DNA of 64,000 bases from Octopus vulgaris (lineage: Eukaryota): positions 43,028,001 through 43,092,000 of the forward strand of contig OX597826.1 of the NCBI GenBank assembly GCA_951406725.2, written 5' to 3'. Each line of letters begins with the position of its first letter. Position 1 is the first letter of the stretch. The position numbers were made by a program, and so were the translations under genes. Shown here in pieces: positions 41,861 through 54,944 of this stretch. The notes below the pieces were generated by a model. It saw only the letters and a program-made list of their open reading frames with translations. It did no database searches and was not told where the DNA came from.

Positions 41861-42378
41861 TCACCTTATACCCCAAGAAGCTCAGACATGTTTTTGTGAT
41901 GGACTGCAAGAAAATGACACAATTAGCAAAGCCATTGTTTACAATGAGAGAAATATGAGAGAAATATGAACTCATTCATGCAAACACAAACGTGTCTATC
42001 TATTGATATAATATATAGACTCTCCTGTCAATTAAACGATGGATGAGAATTTTGCAATTTCTTGCAGAACAACCACACAAATGTTTTGTCAATGGAACTA
42101 CCTACTCATTAATAATCAAATGCTTGTGTTTACATAAGTTCACTCCTGACATCAAACTGATATTGCTTGTAGTACAGGTGCACAAGTGTGCTATGTGTCA
42201 GATGTCAAAATGATCACAGATCAAAGTGAAATGAAGAGTTTTGCTTAAGAACACAATGCATTGTCTGGTCTGAGAACCAAACCTACGATCTAGTGATTAC
42301 GAGCACAGCACCCTAACCACTAGGTCATGTGCCTTCACAATATATCTACATATATGTACAACGGGCTTCTTTCAGTTT

Positions 42379-42612
42379 CTTATTTCTTTACTGCCCACAA
42401 GGGGCTACACACAGAGGGGACAAACAAGGACAGACAAATGGATTAAGTTGATTATGTTGACCCCAGTGCGTAACTGGTACTTATTTAATCCACCCCGAAA
42501 GGATGAAAGGCAAAGTCGACCTTGGCGGAATTTGAACTCAGAATGTAGTGGCAGACAAAATACCGTTAAGCATTTCGCCCTGCGTGCTAACATTTCTGCC
42601 AGCTCACCACCT
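42379..42612 (-). mobile_element. SINE family B inserted in an A-type head
   Basis: Flanked by repeated 'acgggcttctttcagtttct' (42361-42380, 42639-42658). Confidence 0.88.
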
Positions 42613-43494
42613 TCATACACAGAAGAAGGCTTTGGAAAACGGGCTTCTTTCAGTTTCTATTTAACAAATCCACTCACAAGGCTTTGATAGGCCTTGGGCT
42701 ATAGCATAAGACACTTACCCAAGGCACCATACAGTGGGACTGAACCAGAAACCAGATGGTTGGGAAGCAAACTTTTTAGCCATACAATCATGTCTGCACC
42801 TAATTCCAGATAATTAAAACCAATTAGTTCAAATTCCGTTCTGCCTAATTACTTCTGTTACTGCGTCTCCGATGGATCTTTAGATGTTACACAGGTGTCT
42901 ACAATATAATTTCATAACGCTGCATATTTCATAGCATCGAAGCCTTTTATATGATATAATACATAGAAGTATGAAAGCTATTGTTAATTATGCAGATGTT
43001 AAAGCCATGCAATGACATTGTTTAAAGAGTTAAAAGTAGGGCAGCATTTGATAATAAATAAGCATTTACATATCCCTGAAGGTCTATTAGAAGAATAGCC
43101 AATTTAATAGGTACTTTCAATATTGCTGAATTTTAAAGTGTACCAACATAACACTTCTGTGAAACTATTAAAATACCTCAGAATCTTATAGATATAAATA
43201 TATAAGTATGTGATGAACACTAAAATTAATGCAGACATGTTTAGCAATGGAAGTCCATTACCAGGAATTGTTATCTTTTCTGCCAATAATATCTCATCAG
43301 CGACTCACTATTTTTTTTCTTCCTCTTTTGTAGAAGAATATATTTAAGAAAAAATGACAAAAAAGAAAAAAAAATGAAAGAAAGCAAGTTGAATTCCAAT
43401 TCATTATTCAGTTGGATGAAAAGAAATAGTTAGTTGGTGCAATTGAAAGCTAAAGTAGGTATATATGTCATTTGCCCATTACTACTATGACAAG

Positions 43495-44018
<524 letters not shown>

Positions 44019-44399
44019 TGCCAAATGAAAAACAAAATATCAGTCTGGATTTTTTCTTCTTTCTCATTTACAATAGCATATCGAAGATACTGAGTAAAGA
44101 AATTCACCAATGGCTCTCTCTCATTTCCTGTTTAGGAAAACATCAATGGTTTTTAAGATTAGAAGAATGCAGCAGAAACGGGTATGTAAACAGTGGGGGT
44201 GATTGTTATAATAGATTGTCCCAGAATATGGAATATAGCAACTATGGGAATCTATATTCTTCCTATTGTATTGGTAAGCATTCATTACATTGATAGACTG
44301 TCAGAGAAAAATATAGGACTGTATATGAACTGAATATCTTATTCACATGTCTAATAGGTAACACTATATTTGTGTGTATGTGCATGTGTGTATGCAGGT

Positions 44400-44448
<49 letters not shown>

Positions 44449-44699
44449 CAAATGTATGCAGATATATATGTGTATATAAATACACACAGATGTAAGTGCA
44501 CATGTGTGTGTATGTATGTATCATATATATGTATGTGTATACATATACGTGTGTGCATGTGTACATATATACATACATACATATATGTGTGTGTGTGTGC
44601 ACTTATAGAAAATGGCACTGAGGAAATTGTCCTAACAAAAGATTAAAGAATCGGTGAGAGACATTCCAAAGAAGCCTGAAGATTTATGGTATTTGGCAC

Positions 44700-45076
44700 A
44701 AGCATTGTGGTTGGTTAAGAAGCTTGCTTTGCAATCACATGTTTTCAAGGAAGTGTCTGCTACTATAGGCACTAATTGACTAATGCCTAATGCCTTGTGA
44801 GTGAATTTGATAGATGGAAACTGTGTGGAAGCCTATTTTATGTATATATGCATCTTTAGTGTCTGTGTTTGTCATGCTACTTTCCTAACCAATTGACAAC
44901 TAGTGTTGGTTTATTTATGTCCTTATAACATAGCTGTTTACTGGAACAGTCTAATAGAATATGTAAAAGACTTTAAAACAGCGAAAGTACTGAGGTCAAT
45001 TTATTCAAATAAAACTTTTCAAGGTGGTGCTCCAGCATGACCAGAGTCAACTGGCTGAAACAAGTAAAAGATAAAA
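44700..45076 (+). mobile_element. Diverged SINE family A
   Basis: Degenerate head, centre 'gccttgtgagtgaatttgatagatggaaactg' and tail 'gctgaaacaagtaaaagataaaag'. Confidence 0.75.
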
Positions 45077-45309
45077 GCTTATATTCTGTGGTACAGTAGG
45101 TTCACTCATAATTGGAGCTTCAGATGATGAGGAGGAAACAAGCATGGGGGGAGGGGGGCCCAAAGGGAAGCAAAATATTCCACTAGAATATCAGACTTTA
45201 TCCAGAATAGATCCTACATATGATAGAAGCTTTATGGTTCAAAATGATCTCTTTTAACCCTCTTTAATAAGTTGCACAAACTCTGAAATAAGTGAGATTC
45301 ATCATCATC

Positions 45310-45669
45310 ATTTAATGTTTGCCTTCCATGTCACCATGAGTTGGACAGAGAGAGACAAATATCTGATAAGGCCAAGGGCAGTGTTGTGTTCCAGTCCACA
45401 TTGTATAATTTGTCAGTGGTGGATAAGACACTGTGATCTGTATAGTGCCTGCCAAGCTAGTGAGATCCGTTTAGCCTGATACCATCATCATCATTTAATG
45501 TCCACTTTTCTTTGCTTGTATGGGTTGGATGGAATTTGTCGAGGCAAATTTTCTTCAGCCGGATGCTCTTCCAGTCACCGACCCTCACCTATTTCCAAGC
45601 AAAGAAACATGTCTCATAGCCAGAAATGTTTCCCATGGAAGACTGGAAATGAACAATATCACTCATATG
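45310..45669. repeat. ~360-bp segment duplicated at 48052-48417
   Basis: High identity, including the same junction between two repeat fragments. Confidence 0.9.
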
Positions 45670-46106
45670 ATGATGTTCATTTGTAACCATCATGTGATGC
45701 CAAGACAAGGGTACACACACACATACACATTTCTGTCTACCAAATCCAATCACAAGATTTTAGTTGGCCTAGGGCTGTAGTAGAAGACATCTGCCCAATT
45801 TGTGGTATGGTGGGACTGAACCTAAAACTATATGGTTAGTAAGCAGACTTCTCAACCACACAGCCATGCCTGCACATATAAAGGGTATTTGAAACTTTTC
45901 TGATATCTAAAAATTCCTTCAACTACATTTTTATTCCACAAACTAAATTTGTCAGACAAAAGTCTGTTTTTTTTTTTTTACTGATACTGATAAGAATTTA
46001 AGTAACACAGTTTAAAAAGACCAACAATAAAAAACACCCTCCCAATTAAAACTTTATGTAATCATAGTCTCTCAAGAGAAACTGGTAGAAATGCAACAGA
46101 AACTAG

Positions 46107-46144
<38 letters not shown>

Positions 46145-46302
46145 GGTAACTTTGTCTCTAGGAGGAATTTTCATTGGTGTTAAATGAATTTTGTTGCTTA
46201 CTGAGGTCAACAAACAGCTAACAGATGACAGGGTGTGATTCTAAGACGTAAGTAATTGACAGATACTAACTTAGAATTTAAATGTTATATCATAACAGCC
46301 AG

Positions 46303-46343
<41 letters not shown>

Positions 46344-46686
46344 ATCTTTAGTAGCAGATGGAAGTGTGTTGTTTGGGCCAGTATGAGGCAGTGTGAACAG
46401 AGAAGAACAAAAATATGAAAAGAAGAAAGATTGGATGTAGGAGAGAGAGAGAGAGAATGACATCTGTATCAAAACAGTACAAATTGTTTACATACATAAA
46501 CTATAACAACATTTACCAGTCCTGGACTTCAATGACTAAGTACATAAAGCAGGAACCAGGAACAGTACTAAATGTTATGTGAAACTGGCTACTCCCAGCC
46601 ATACACACACATTGGTGTTGTTAACTTTTAAGGCTGACAAATGCCAATGAATCACAACTAATGAAGATTGTTGCTAATTATCTTTG

Positions 46687-46830
46687 GTCTAGTCTTTAAT
46701 CTACAGTCTTGTCTTCCATCATCAGTCTAGTCTTTGATCCATAGTTTCGTCTTTAATCCTCGGTCTTGTCATTAATCCAGTCTCATCTTTAATCCACAGT
46801 CCTGTCTTTAATCCACAAACTAGTCGTTAA
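46687..46830. repeat. 19-bp minisatellite, about 7.5 units (consensus GTCTAGTCTTTAATCCACA)
   Basis: Units: gtctagtctttaatctaca, gtcttgtcttccatcatca, gtctagtctttgatccata, gtttcgtctttaatcctcg, gtcttgtcattaatcca, gtctcatctttaatccaca, gtcctgtctttaatccaca. Confidence 0.88.
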
Positions 46831-46986
46831 GTTGACTGATACCACAGTATCTTTTCTAAGTGTTGCTTCACAATACAATTACTTACAACCATATTTACTT
46901 AACGCCCAGTAATGTGCCACCCATCATTAAGCCCCAAGGTTTGGCATCATACATGGTTTCCTGAAAAGCTAGCTTTATTTAATTCT

Positions 46987-47083
46987 TCTTACCTTTTATT
47001 CCAGCCAATAATGCTGTAAATTCAGAAGGAACAATGTTGAATCAAACTTACCTAAAAGAAAATAAAAAAAGATGTCATTTAGT
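46987..47083 (-). promoter_or_regulatory. Candidate recursive splice site with 59-nt RS-exon (47051-46993)
   Basis: Minus strand: actaaatgacatctttttttattttcttttAG|GTAAGTttg...aataaAAG|GTAAGAag. Confidence 0.55.
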
Positions 47084-47084
47084 T

Positions 47085-47375
47085 ATATTTTGGTTTTGGA
47101 TTTGGTTTACAAGGTTCTTTATGTGAACTTATATGTTCAAGCATAATTTTTCTTTTATCTCAGGAGGGTCATTATGCTAAGAATAAACACAAGCATTGAT
47201 TCTATTTCACTTCTTTCATTACTGACTGAACAATTAATCAAACAGTTAATTGGTTAATAGTTTACCAATTGACATAAAAATAATAACAAACTAAAATAGA
47301 ACCAGTGTGTGTGTGAATTTTATTATTAGCATAATGACCCTACCAAAATACCACAAAATTAAGCAAAACAGTTTA
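47085..47375. mobile_element. Diverged palindromic MITE-like element
   Basis: Internal inverted arms 'agggtcattatgctaa' / 'ttagcataatgaccct'. Related sequence near 6920-7110 and 36900-37140. Confidence 0.5.
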
Positions 47376-48755
47376 TAAAAAATTAGAATTAACTCTATAT
47401 CATATTTAACAAAAGTATCTCCAAAACAAACATTTTCCTTTTATATTTTGGTGTACTTTGTGAATAACGTCAACAAATTATATTAAGAGAGGCATTTATA
47501 TACTGCAAAAACCCATGTAATTTACGTACTTTTTTCACAAAAACAAAAATAATCAGAGCTTGAGACAAGAAGACACTTTCGACCAATCAGAATTTTGTTT
47601 ACATAATGAGTGATGGGTCACCTTCCTCAGTCAGTTGAGTAAAGTGACATCCAAGCTGATGTTTATTTTGCAACACTTGTGCATATTTATCAGCTTTGTT
47701 TTTGTTGGCAAGAATTATCAACAACTTTTCCTGTGATCGTGATTTGAGAAGACACAGAGAAGTATGCTAAAGATCGGACATAATCTCTTGTGGGCAAAAG
47801 TTTATTATAAACAACACAAACACTTTGTAATTTAATAGCTTTCAATGAGATACCTGTTAAATAGAAATTATTTTTATTTAGTGAAAATTTAATAAAATCT
47901 AATCATAAGCAAGTGAAATTATGCTAAATACAACTAAATTGAAAAACTTTTCCCCTGGCCATATCGGAAATTCTGAAAACTTTGGGGTGCAAATTTTACA
48001 CGAGCAGAAGCTTTTTTTCAACAATTTTTATCCTGAAAATCACCTGCGTAAATTTAATGTTTGCCTTCCATGTCACCATGAGTTGGACAGAGGGAGACAA
48101 ATATCTGATAAGGCCAAGAACAGTGTTGTGCTCCAGTCCACATTGTATAATTTGTCAGTGGTGGATAAGACACATTTGTGATCTGTATAGTGCCTGCCAA
48201 GCTAGTGAGACCCGTTTAACCTGATATCATCATCATCATCATTTAATGTCCACTTTTCTTTGCTTGTATGGGTTGGATGGAATTTGTCGAGGCAAATTTT
48301 CTTCAGCTGGATGCTCTTCCAGTCACTAACGCCCACCTATTTCCAAGCAAAGAAACATGTTTCATAGCCAGAAGTGTTTCCCATGGAAGACTGGAAATGA
48401 ACAATATCACTCATATGGGTTTTTCACATACGGTGTTTTAGTATCATTTACTAATTCACTTTTACATCCATTTTACCATGCGTGGGTTAGAAGATTACAT
48501 ATTATAGAGATTACATATTATAGAGATGTTTAACAGCCTGAAGTCTTTCCTGTTGCTTAAGAGAGCTCTCATCTCACTCTGATGATCTGTTGACCAGGAA
48601 ATGTCAACAAATGACATCAACAGTCAAGCTGCTTAGTGTGGAATGTAAATGCTTACTACACACACACATACACACACAAATATATACTATACAAATATAA
48701 ATATGCAAAAACATATATGCACACAGAAAAGCATATATATGGCATTTACCATATA

Positions 48756-49278
48756 CACTGAACCATAAAAGAAGCGCGATTTTTTTTCAAATGTCATTTT
48801 TATATGATAAATTCTGAAAAATTATTTCAAGGATGTAAGTGTAAATAAAGCTGGTTTATGGCTGAGACCCAAATTGCAGGTAATCTTTCAACTTTCCCTG
48901 AAACAAGATGCCTAAATGCAGCTGTGTTGAATACTGTGGGTGGCAGTCGCACACAATTGTCATGAAAACCGAAATGCATGTGCATCTTGTGAAGGTTATG
49001 GGTATAAAAATCGACTTGAACTGCATTCCTGGCATTTATGATTTGGACACATCAGGTAGGACCCGATTGTTAGCAGCATAAAGAGAACAAGCTATCAGTC
49101 AATTGCAAGCAGAGCAGCATGCCCTGCAATAGCAATACGACAATGTCAACATCACTGCAGACCATGCCCACAGTGGGTGCCCCCTGGGTGACCACGCCCT
49201 AGCAGGACCGCTTCATTCACCTGCAACACCTCCGTGATTGCTTCAGACCGGCCAGCGTGACAGCTCCAGGAACCCATC
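48756..49278 (+). mobile_element. Tc1-like DNA transposon 5' fragment with transposase pseudogene
   Basis: TA|CACTGAACCATAAAAGAAGCGC terminus. Frames read RLLAA*REQAISQLQA ... TADHAHSGCP / VTTP*QDRFIHLQHLRDCFRPASVTA, matching Tc1 N-terminal RPRSGRPRVTT..QDR.I...HLRDRF. Confidence 0.85.
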
Positions 49279-51872
49279 AGTAAATACAAATATGTACACA
49301 CACACATACATTTATGAACACACAACAGGCTTTGTACAACTTCCAATCTAACCATATTCATTCATACAGCATCGGTTATAGTATGGAGCTATAGTAGAAG
49401 GTGCTGTGAAGTGGAACTGAACCCCAAACCATTTGGTTCAATAACAAACTTCTTAATTTACAGCCAATACCTGCACCCTATAGTCTGTAACTGTAAATAA
49501 TTACTTTTTAATATAATAAACAATGCATAATTAGGAAGACTTTAGTTTTAGAATTTCATTTCATACATTCCACAGTTTTAGATATATAATTTTATTATTT
49601 CTATGGTGCATCATTTAGGAACCAAACTCTTATACTTTCAACACAGAGAACTAATTAATGCAATAACTAATACACTGGAACCATTGATGTATATTTTGTC
49701 AGAATATTTCATAAAAACAATTTAGACAAAACTTAAATCTATAGGAAGCGGATGATAATCTTAAACTGTAATAAAATTACTAAATAAATATATAAAAAAA
49801 AAAGATTTTTGTAACAAATATTGCTGTGTGTCTTTGGAGGGAAATAAAATGAAGAATGAGGAAAGAAGACATTTTATGTTGATGCCATTTAGCTGCAATA
49901 ATAATTAAATTAATATTGAGTGACTAAGATAGCATTTTAGGTGACAAACAACCAAGAATTAAATAACTTGGCACCATATGTCTATAGAGTAAGTGTTTGG
50001 AAAATTTTGTTGTGTACAAAGAAACTACAATATATATTTATTTAAGAAATTTCAAATAAATAAATAAATAAATGAAGGTAATGACAGATACTTTGGAAAG
50101 ATTCTTTACATGATTAGATTTTCAAGAATAAAGACAGACTCATGCTAACACGAAGTAATTAACTATAGTTTGAAGAATTTCCTGCAGATGTTATATAGTT
50201 GGAAAATGAAAATTAACATTAAACTAAAAGAAAAAAAAAACTTTCGTTCTTCAACTTTGTGGCACATATGTAGGAATATGTAGGAATATTAAAGACAAAA
50301 AGAAGAATCATATATGTAACTAATTAAAACTGAAAAAGAAAATATAAAAATAAAATACTATGGAAACGAAGAGAAAAAAAAAAAACCCTTGAAATTTACT
50401 CGAGGCATAAACGAAGAAGAGTTAAGGTTGAATATGATGAACAGCAGATAAATGAAATTTCAGGAAATAGATAAGACTAAAACAATAATAAATAAAAAAT
50501 AAAATAGAAACATGTTAAAATTAAATAGTGTGAGATTCTAAATAATACTACTAATGCAGATAATTAGTTACATTTTCAATAATTAACAAAAATAAAAGAA
50601 ATTCTCAAAAAAAAAAAAAAAAAAAAAACGAGGAAAAAAAAAAAAAGAAGAGAGATAATTCTGGAGCGCAGCAAGAAACCAGAGGAAAGGATATAGCAAA
50701 GATATATTTTTGTAAAAATTCATTAGTGACAAAAAGAAGTTAGCAGCATGTGACATCATATTGCTTCTGCTATTTGGTTAGCAGCTGAAATATGTCAGTT
50801 GTTTAAACACTACTTAACCAGTTCACTAGAAAAGATTTGTGCAAAAGCAAACAGGAATGGAATTTCCAAAGTCAGTTTTTTCCTAAATCCCACCCAGCAA
50901 CTTGCTAGAAGTTGCTAAACATTTTAATATCAACATTAACGTTGCTGCTGTGGACATGGCCAAACCAATGTACTTTCTTAATCTTATGGGGTTTTTTTTT
51001 TTTCTTCTTTTTAGTTTCTTCTTTGCATTTTACAGTAAACAATTCAAAAACACAAGAATTTAAGTAGAGCAAAGAAAACTAGTTGTGTGAATAGCCAGGG
51101 TTAATTAAAGAGGACCGAGCACAGAAGCAAGAAATGATTGCAGGTGTTTTAAATTCTTCTTGTGTAAGTGCATATGTTTTCATAGGTTATACAAGAGAAT
51201 GAAGAGCAGTATCTATGACTACTGTATGCTCTCAAAGACTGTGGATATTGGTGAGGTTAATACACAACACAAACAGCTCTAGCAAACATGTTAGTTTTGG
51301 AATGAATTCTTGCTAAAGGCACTCAAGAAAAAGAATGCGATGGTCTTAAATCACAGAGTGTTAAATCTACCACCTAACATGGGAGAGAAGAATCAAGAAT
51401 AAAAGGAAAAGGGGGTGAAAAATCTCAGGAATGGGAAAATCTAATTAAAAATTTTTTTTATTGTCCTATAATTTTTTCAAAATTATTTTTTTGTTTAAAA
51501 TTGCAAATTGGTAAAACTGATTGTTTTCATAAACTAACATCTAAGGTAAACTGCCAACTGAAATTAAAATTCAATTTCAAAAAAGAAAAACATTTTTTTT
51601 AGTTTTTAGTGATTAAAATTTGATTTTGCTTTGTATATTAAATTTTTAATTAGGGCTCAAATTTCAATGAGTATTTTGAAAATTTTTTTTGTTTTCTTCT
51701 TTAATATTTTTTTTAAAAACAATTTCATTCTTCCTATTTGATTTCAGTTAATGAAAAAAATACAAAACTATCGAGAAGCTGACAAATCATGAATTGAAAT
51801 TCCTATTGCTAAAAACAATAAACAAATAAATGAAAACGGTTTTGAGTAAAAACTACTTTAGAATCGTCTCAG

Positions 51873-51989
51873 TTTTTTAATATGTTTTATTATTAGCTTG
51901 TTAAAGGAAGAAGAACAGAAATTTGGTGAGTAATGAGTGGGGGAGTTTTTGCGGAGATTGTGATGTCTAAACAATTTCAAATAAACAGA
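51873..51989. repeat. 117-bp segment identical to 61443-61559
   Basis: No mismatch seen from 'ttttttaatatgttttattattagc' to 'caaataaacaga'. Confidence 0.93.
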
Positions 51990-52194
51990 TAAGTGGGTAT
52001 GGCTGTGTTGTAAGAAGCTTGCTTCCTAACCATATGGTCTTGGGTTCAATTCTTGGGTGTCTTCTACAATAATCTTAGACTGACTATAGCCTTGTGTCTG
52101 CATTTGGTAGATAGAAGAATTTTATTGTTTGTATGTGTAGGTACCGGTGTCTTGACATCACATGATTGTTGTAAATGACTAGCACTATAATAAT

Positions 52195-52608
52195 CTTTTC
52201 TACTCTAGGCACAAGGTCTTAAATTTTGGGGGAGGGGGCAGTCGATTAGATCAATCCCAGTATGCAACTGGTACTTAATTTATCCCCAAAAGGATGAAAG
52301 GCAAAGTTGACCGTGGCGGAATTTGAACTCAGAATGTAAAGACAGATGAAATACCGCTAAGCATTTTGCTTGGCATGCTAACGTTTCTTATTTCTTTATT
52401 ACCCACAAGGGGCTAAACATAGAGGGGACAAACAAGGACAAACGAATTAAGTTGATTATATCGACCCCAGTGCGTAACTGGTACTTATTTAATTGACCCC
52501 GAAAGAATGATGGCAAAGTCGACCTTGGCGGAATTTGAACTCAGAACGTAATGGCAGACTGCTAAGCATTTCGCCCGGTGTGCTAACATTTCTGCCAGTT
52601 TGCTGCCT
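52195..52608 (-). mobile_element. Two joined SINE family B copies (young and old tail) inside a family G copy (~51995-52810)
   Basis: 17-bp duplication ACTAGCACTATAATAAT at 52178-52194 and 52610-52626. Confidence 0.88.
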
Positions 52609-53749
52609 TACTAGCACTATAATAATACAAGTAATGTACAGTATTCTGTGAAAAACATGTCTGGCCATGGAGAAATATTATCTTGCTTGGAAATAGATGA
52701 GGGTTGGCAACAGGAAGGGCATCCGACTGTAGAAAATCTGGCTGCACAAATTGCATTCAACCCATGCAAGCATGAAGAAGTGAACATTAAATGAGGATAA
52801 TGATGAGAGGACATTGTAATAATGGTGACACACACAGACGATAAGATGTAACAAGGACAAGAGATTCAAAAAAGATTTTTTGATCAAAAAACAAGAAGCA
52901 GAAGGCCATAATTACTAGTTCTTCAAGTGAAGTGAATTATATGGTGTAATTTAAGACCAGTGATAATAATTTTTATAATATATTTGAAATTAAAGTCTTG
53001 CAGTCTTTCAGAGAAAATCCTTGTTTATTTTTGTCATTTTTATTATTATTATTATCATTTTTTTTTTTTTGGTGTCTTATCATTTTAACTTTGATTTCCT
53101 TCTTAAAATAGTTCTAACAAGCAATAACCACAAAACAGTACGGTGCTTGTATAATTTTAAAATTTAATTCTGTTTCGATTTTTTTTTGCTTTATTTGACT
53201 AGTTTCTTTTAACTATTGAAGTTTGTGAAACTATACACCAGAAACAAACATTTGGATTATTATTATTATCATTATTATTATTATTATTACCACTACTATT
53301 AGTTTTTTATTTGCTTTATATGACATTGTGTGGCAAGAAGGTTTATTCAGGCAAATAATAGTACATTTAAACAAGAATCTGTTAGAACTTGGAATAAATA
53401 ACTTGAGTTTAATATTACACAATGTTGGAACACTGGTTTATAGCCGAATACACTTTCATTATCAAAAGAGGCCAATGACGGTATTTTGTGCCATGCACAC
53501 AAGAAATTTTCACTTCTTGCAAGACAGCTCCATTTCAGCAGCACTCTTGTCTTAACACATGCTCTGTGTTTATTTTCTTTCCATTAGCATTCCTGAAAAT
53601 AAGGATAAGATAGACGGCCTGGTCTGTCTGAGCTTCAGTGAGCATACCAATGTTAATGAATAAGACGTTTTGTCGAGAAGGAAATAGATAGGAATCTTAT
53701 ACTATGTGTTGAAAATCTTATTTCAATATTGCTTCAATTTCACCATTAT

Positions 53750-53834
53750 ATAAATATATACATGTGCGTATATATATATATATATACACACACGAGTGTA
53801 TGTGGGTGTGTGCGTTTATATATATATGTGTGTG

Positions 53835-53884
<50 letters not shown>

Positions 53885-53966
53885 TACACACATGCATGTG
53901 TGCAACAGTATTTATATATATATATATATACATACACACATGCATGCGTGCAAGAGTATTTATATA

Positions 53967-54005
<39 letters not shown>

Positions 54006-54030
54006 TACACACATGCATGCGTGCAAGAGT

Positions 54031-54069
<39 letters not shown>

Positions 54070-54080
54070 TGTATAAGAGT

Positions 54081-54117
<37 letters not shown>
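53750..54117. repeat. Compound array with unit 'cacatgcatgcgtgcaagagtgttta(ta)n'
   Basis: Unit repeated three to four times. Confidence 0.9.
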
Positions 54118-54119
<2 letters not shown>

Positions 54120-54900
54120 ATGTTTGGAGTAGGATGGGCAGAAAATTGAGAATAAGAAGCAATGATGAAAATTAAACTATGAAAATAAATGATAAGATGG
54201 AAAAAAAGAATTAAAAAAAAACATTGAAAAATTTATTCTTTTTTTGTTTTATTTTTGCAAAAAAAATTTTTTGTTGTTGCGATTATTTTTATTTGAAAAG
54301 TTTATTGTATACAAATTGTATTAATTCTTAACAGTCATGGAAATATTGATTTAAATAATTCAGATAAATATCAATTGTTTAAAGAGAGCTGAGTTAAAGC
54401 AGAATTTAAGAGACTACTACAGAAAACATAAAAAAAAAAAGGATGAAGAGAAAAATTCAGAAAAAAATAGAAGAGAATGGGGAAAATTTTATAAGAACTA
54501 GGATTAAGAAACGTAAGTCAAGATACTTATTTACACTAAACTTAAAAGGAAAAAAGGTCAGTATGATCTCGGAAAACATTTAAGAGGAAAAGCTTTGTGA
54601 AATGGAAACTAGATATCGTGGTGTAGAGATAGTGTCATAGAACTCTGCAACAAAGTATCAATGATTGTAAACATGAAGATAAGAAATCTTTTGCCAGAAG
54701 GCAAGATTTTAAAAAGATCTTTGTTATACTGATTGTGGTCATAACCATAGAAGAATGGTAAACGAAGAACGTTTCTTCAACCTTTATTTTTATTCAATTC
54801 TTAACCACTGGGGCATGATATCGGTCATTGTATTTGCTAATCAAAATGCTAGAATATATTGTTCCGTTTCTATCACAGACTTGAGAAATATATATATATG

Positions 54901-54944
<44 letters not shown>

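Noticed and set aside
46687-46830. CRISPR-like array
   Set aside because: Units are contiguous and degenerate with no unique spacers, in eukaryotic DNA with no cas genes.
47845-47885. Minus-strand acceptor followed by GT (tttaacAG|GTATCT)
   Set aside because: The donor is poor and lies in a 'gtatctcattgaaagct' motif typical of MITE remnants.
48579-48612. CTGATGA followed by hairpin TGTTGAC/GTCAACA
   Set aside because: No GAAA follows the stem and there is no stem I, so it is not a supportable hammerhead.
50741-50772. TAGCAGCA matching the miR-15/16 5' end
   Set aside because: The hairpin is only about 32 nt and similarity stops after the seed.
50898-50969. Possible plus-strand exon NLLEVAKHFNININVAAVDMAKP
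   Set aside because: The donor (AT|GTACTT) is weak and the peptide is not recognised.
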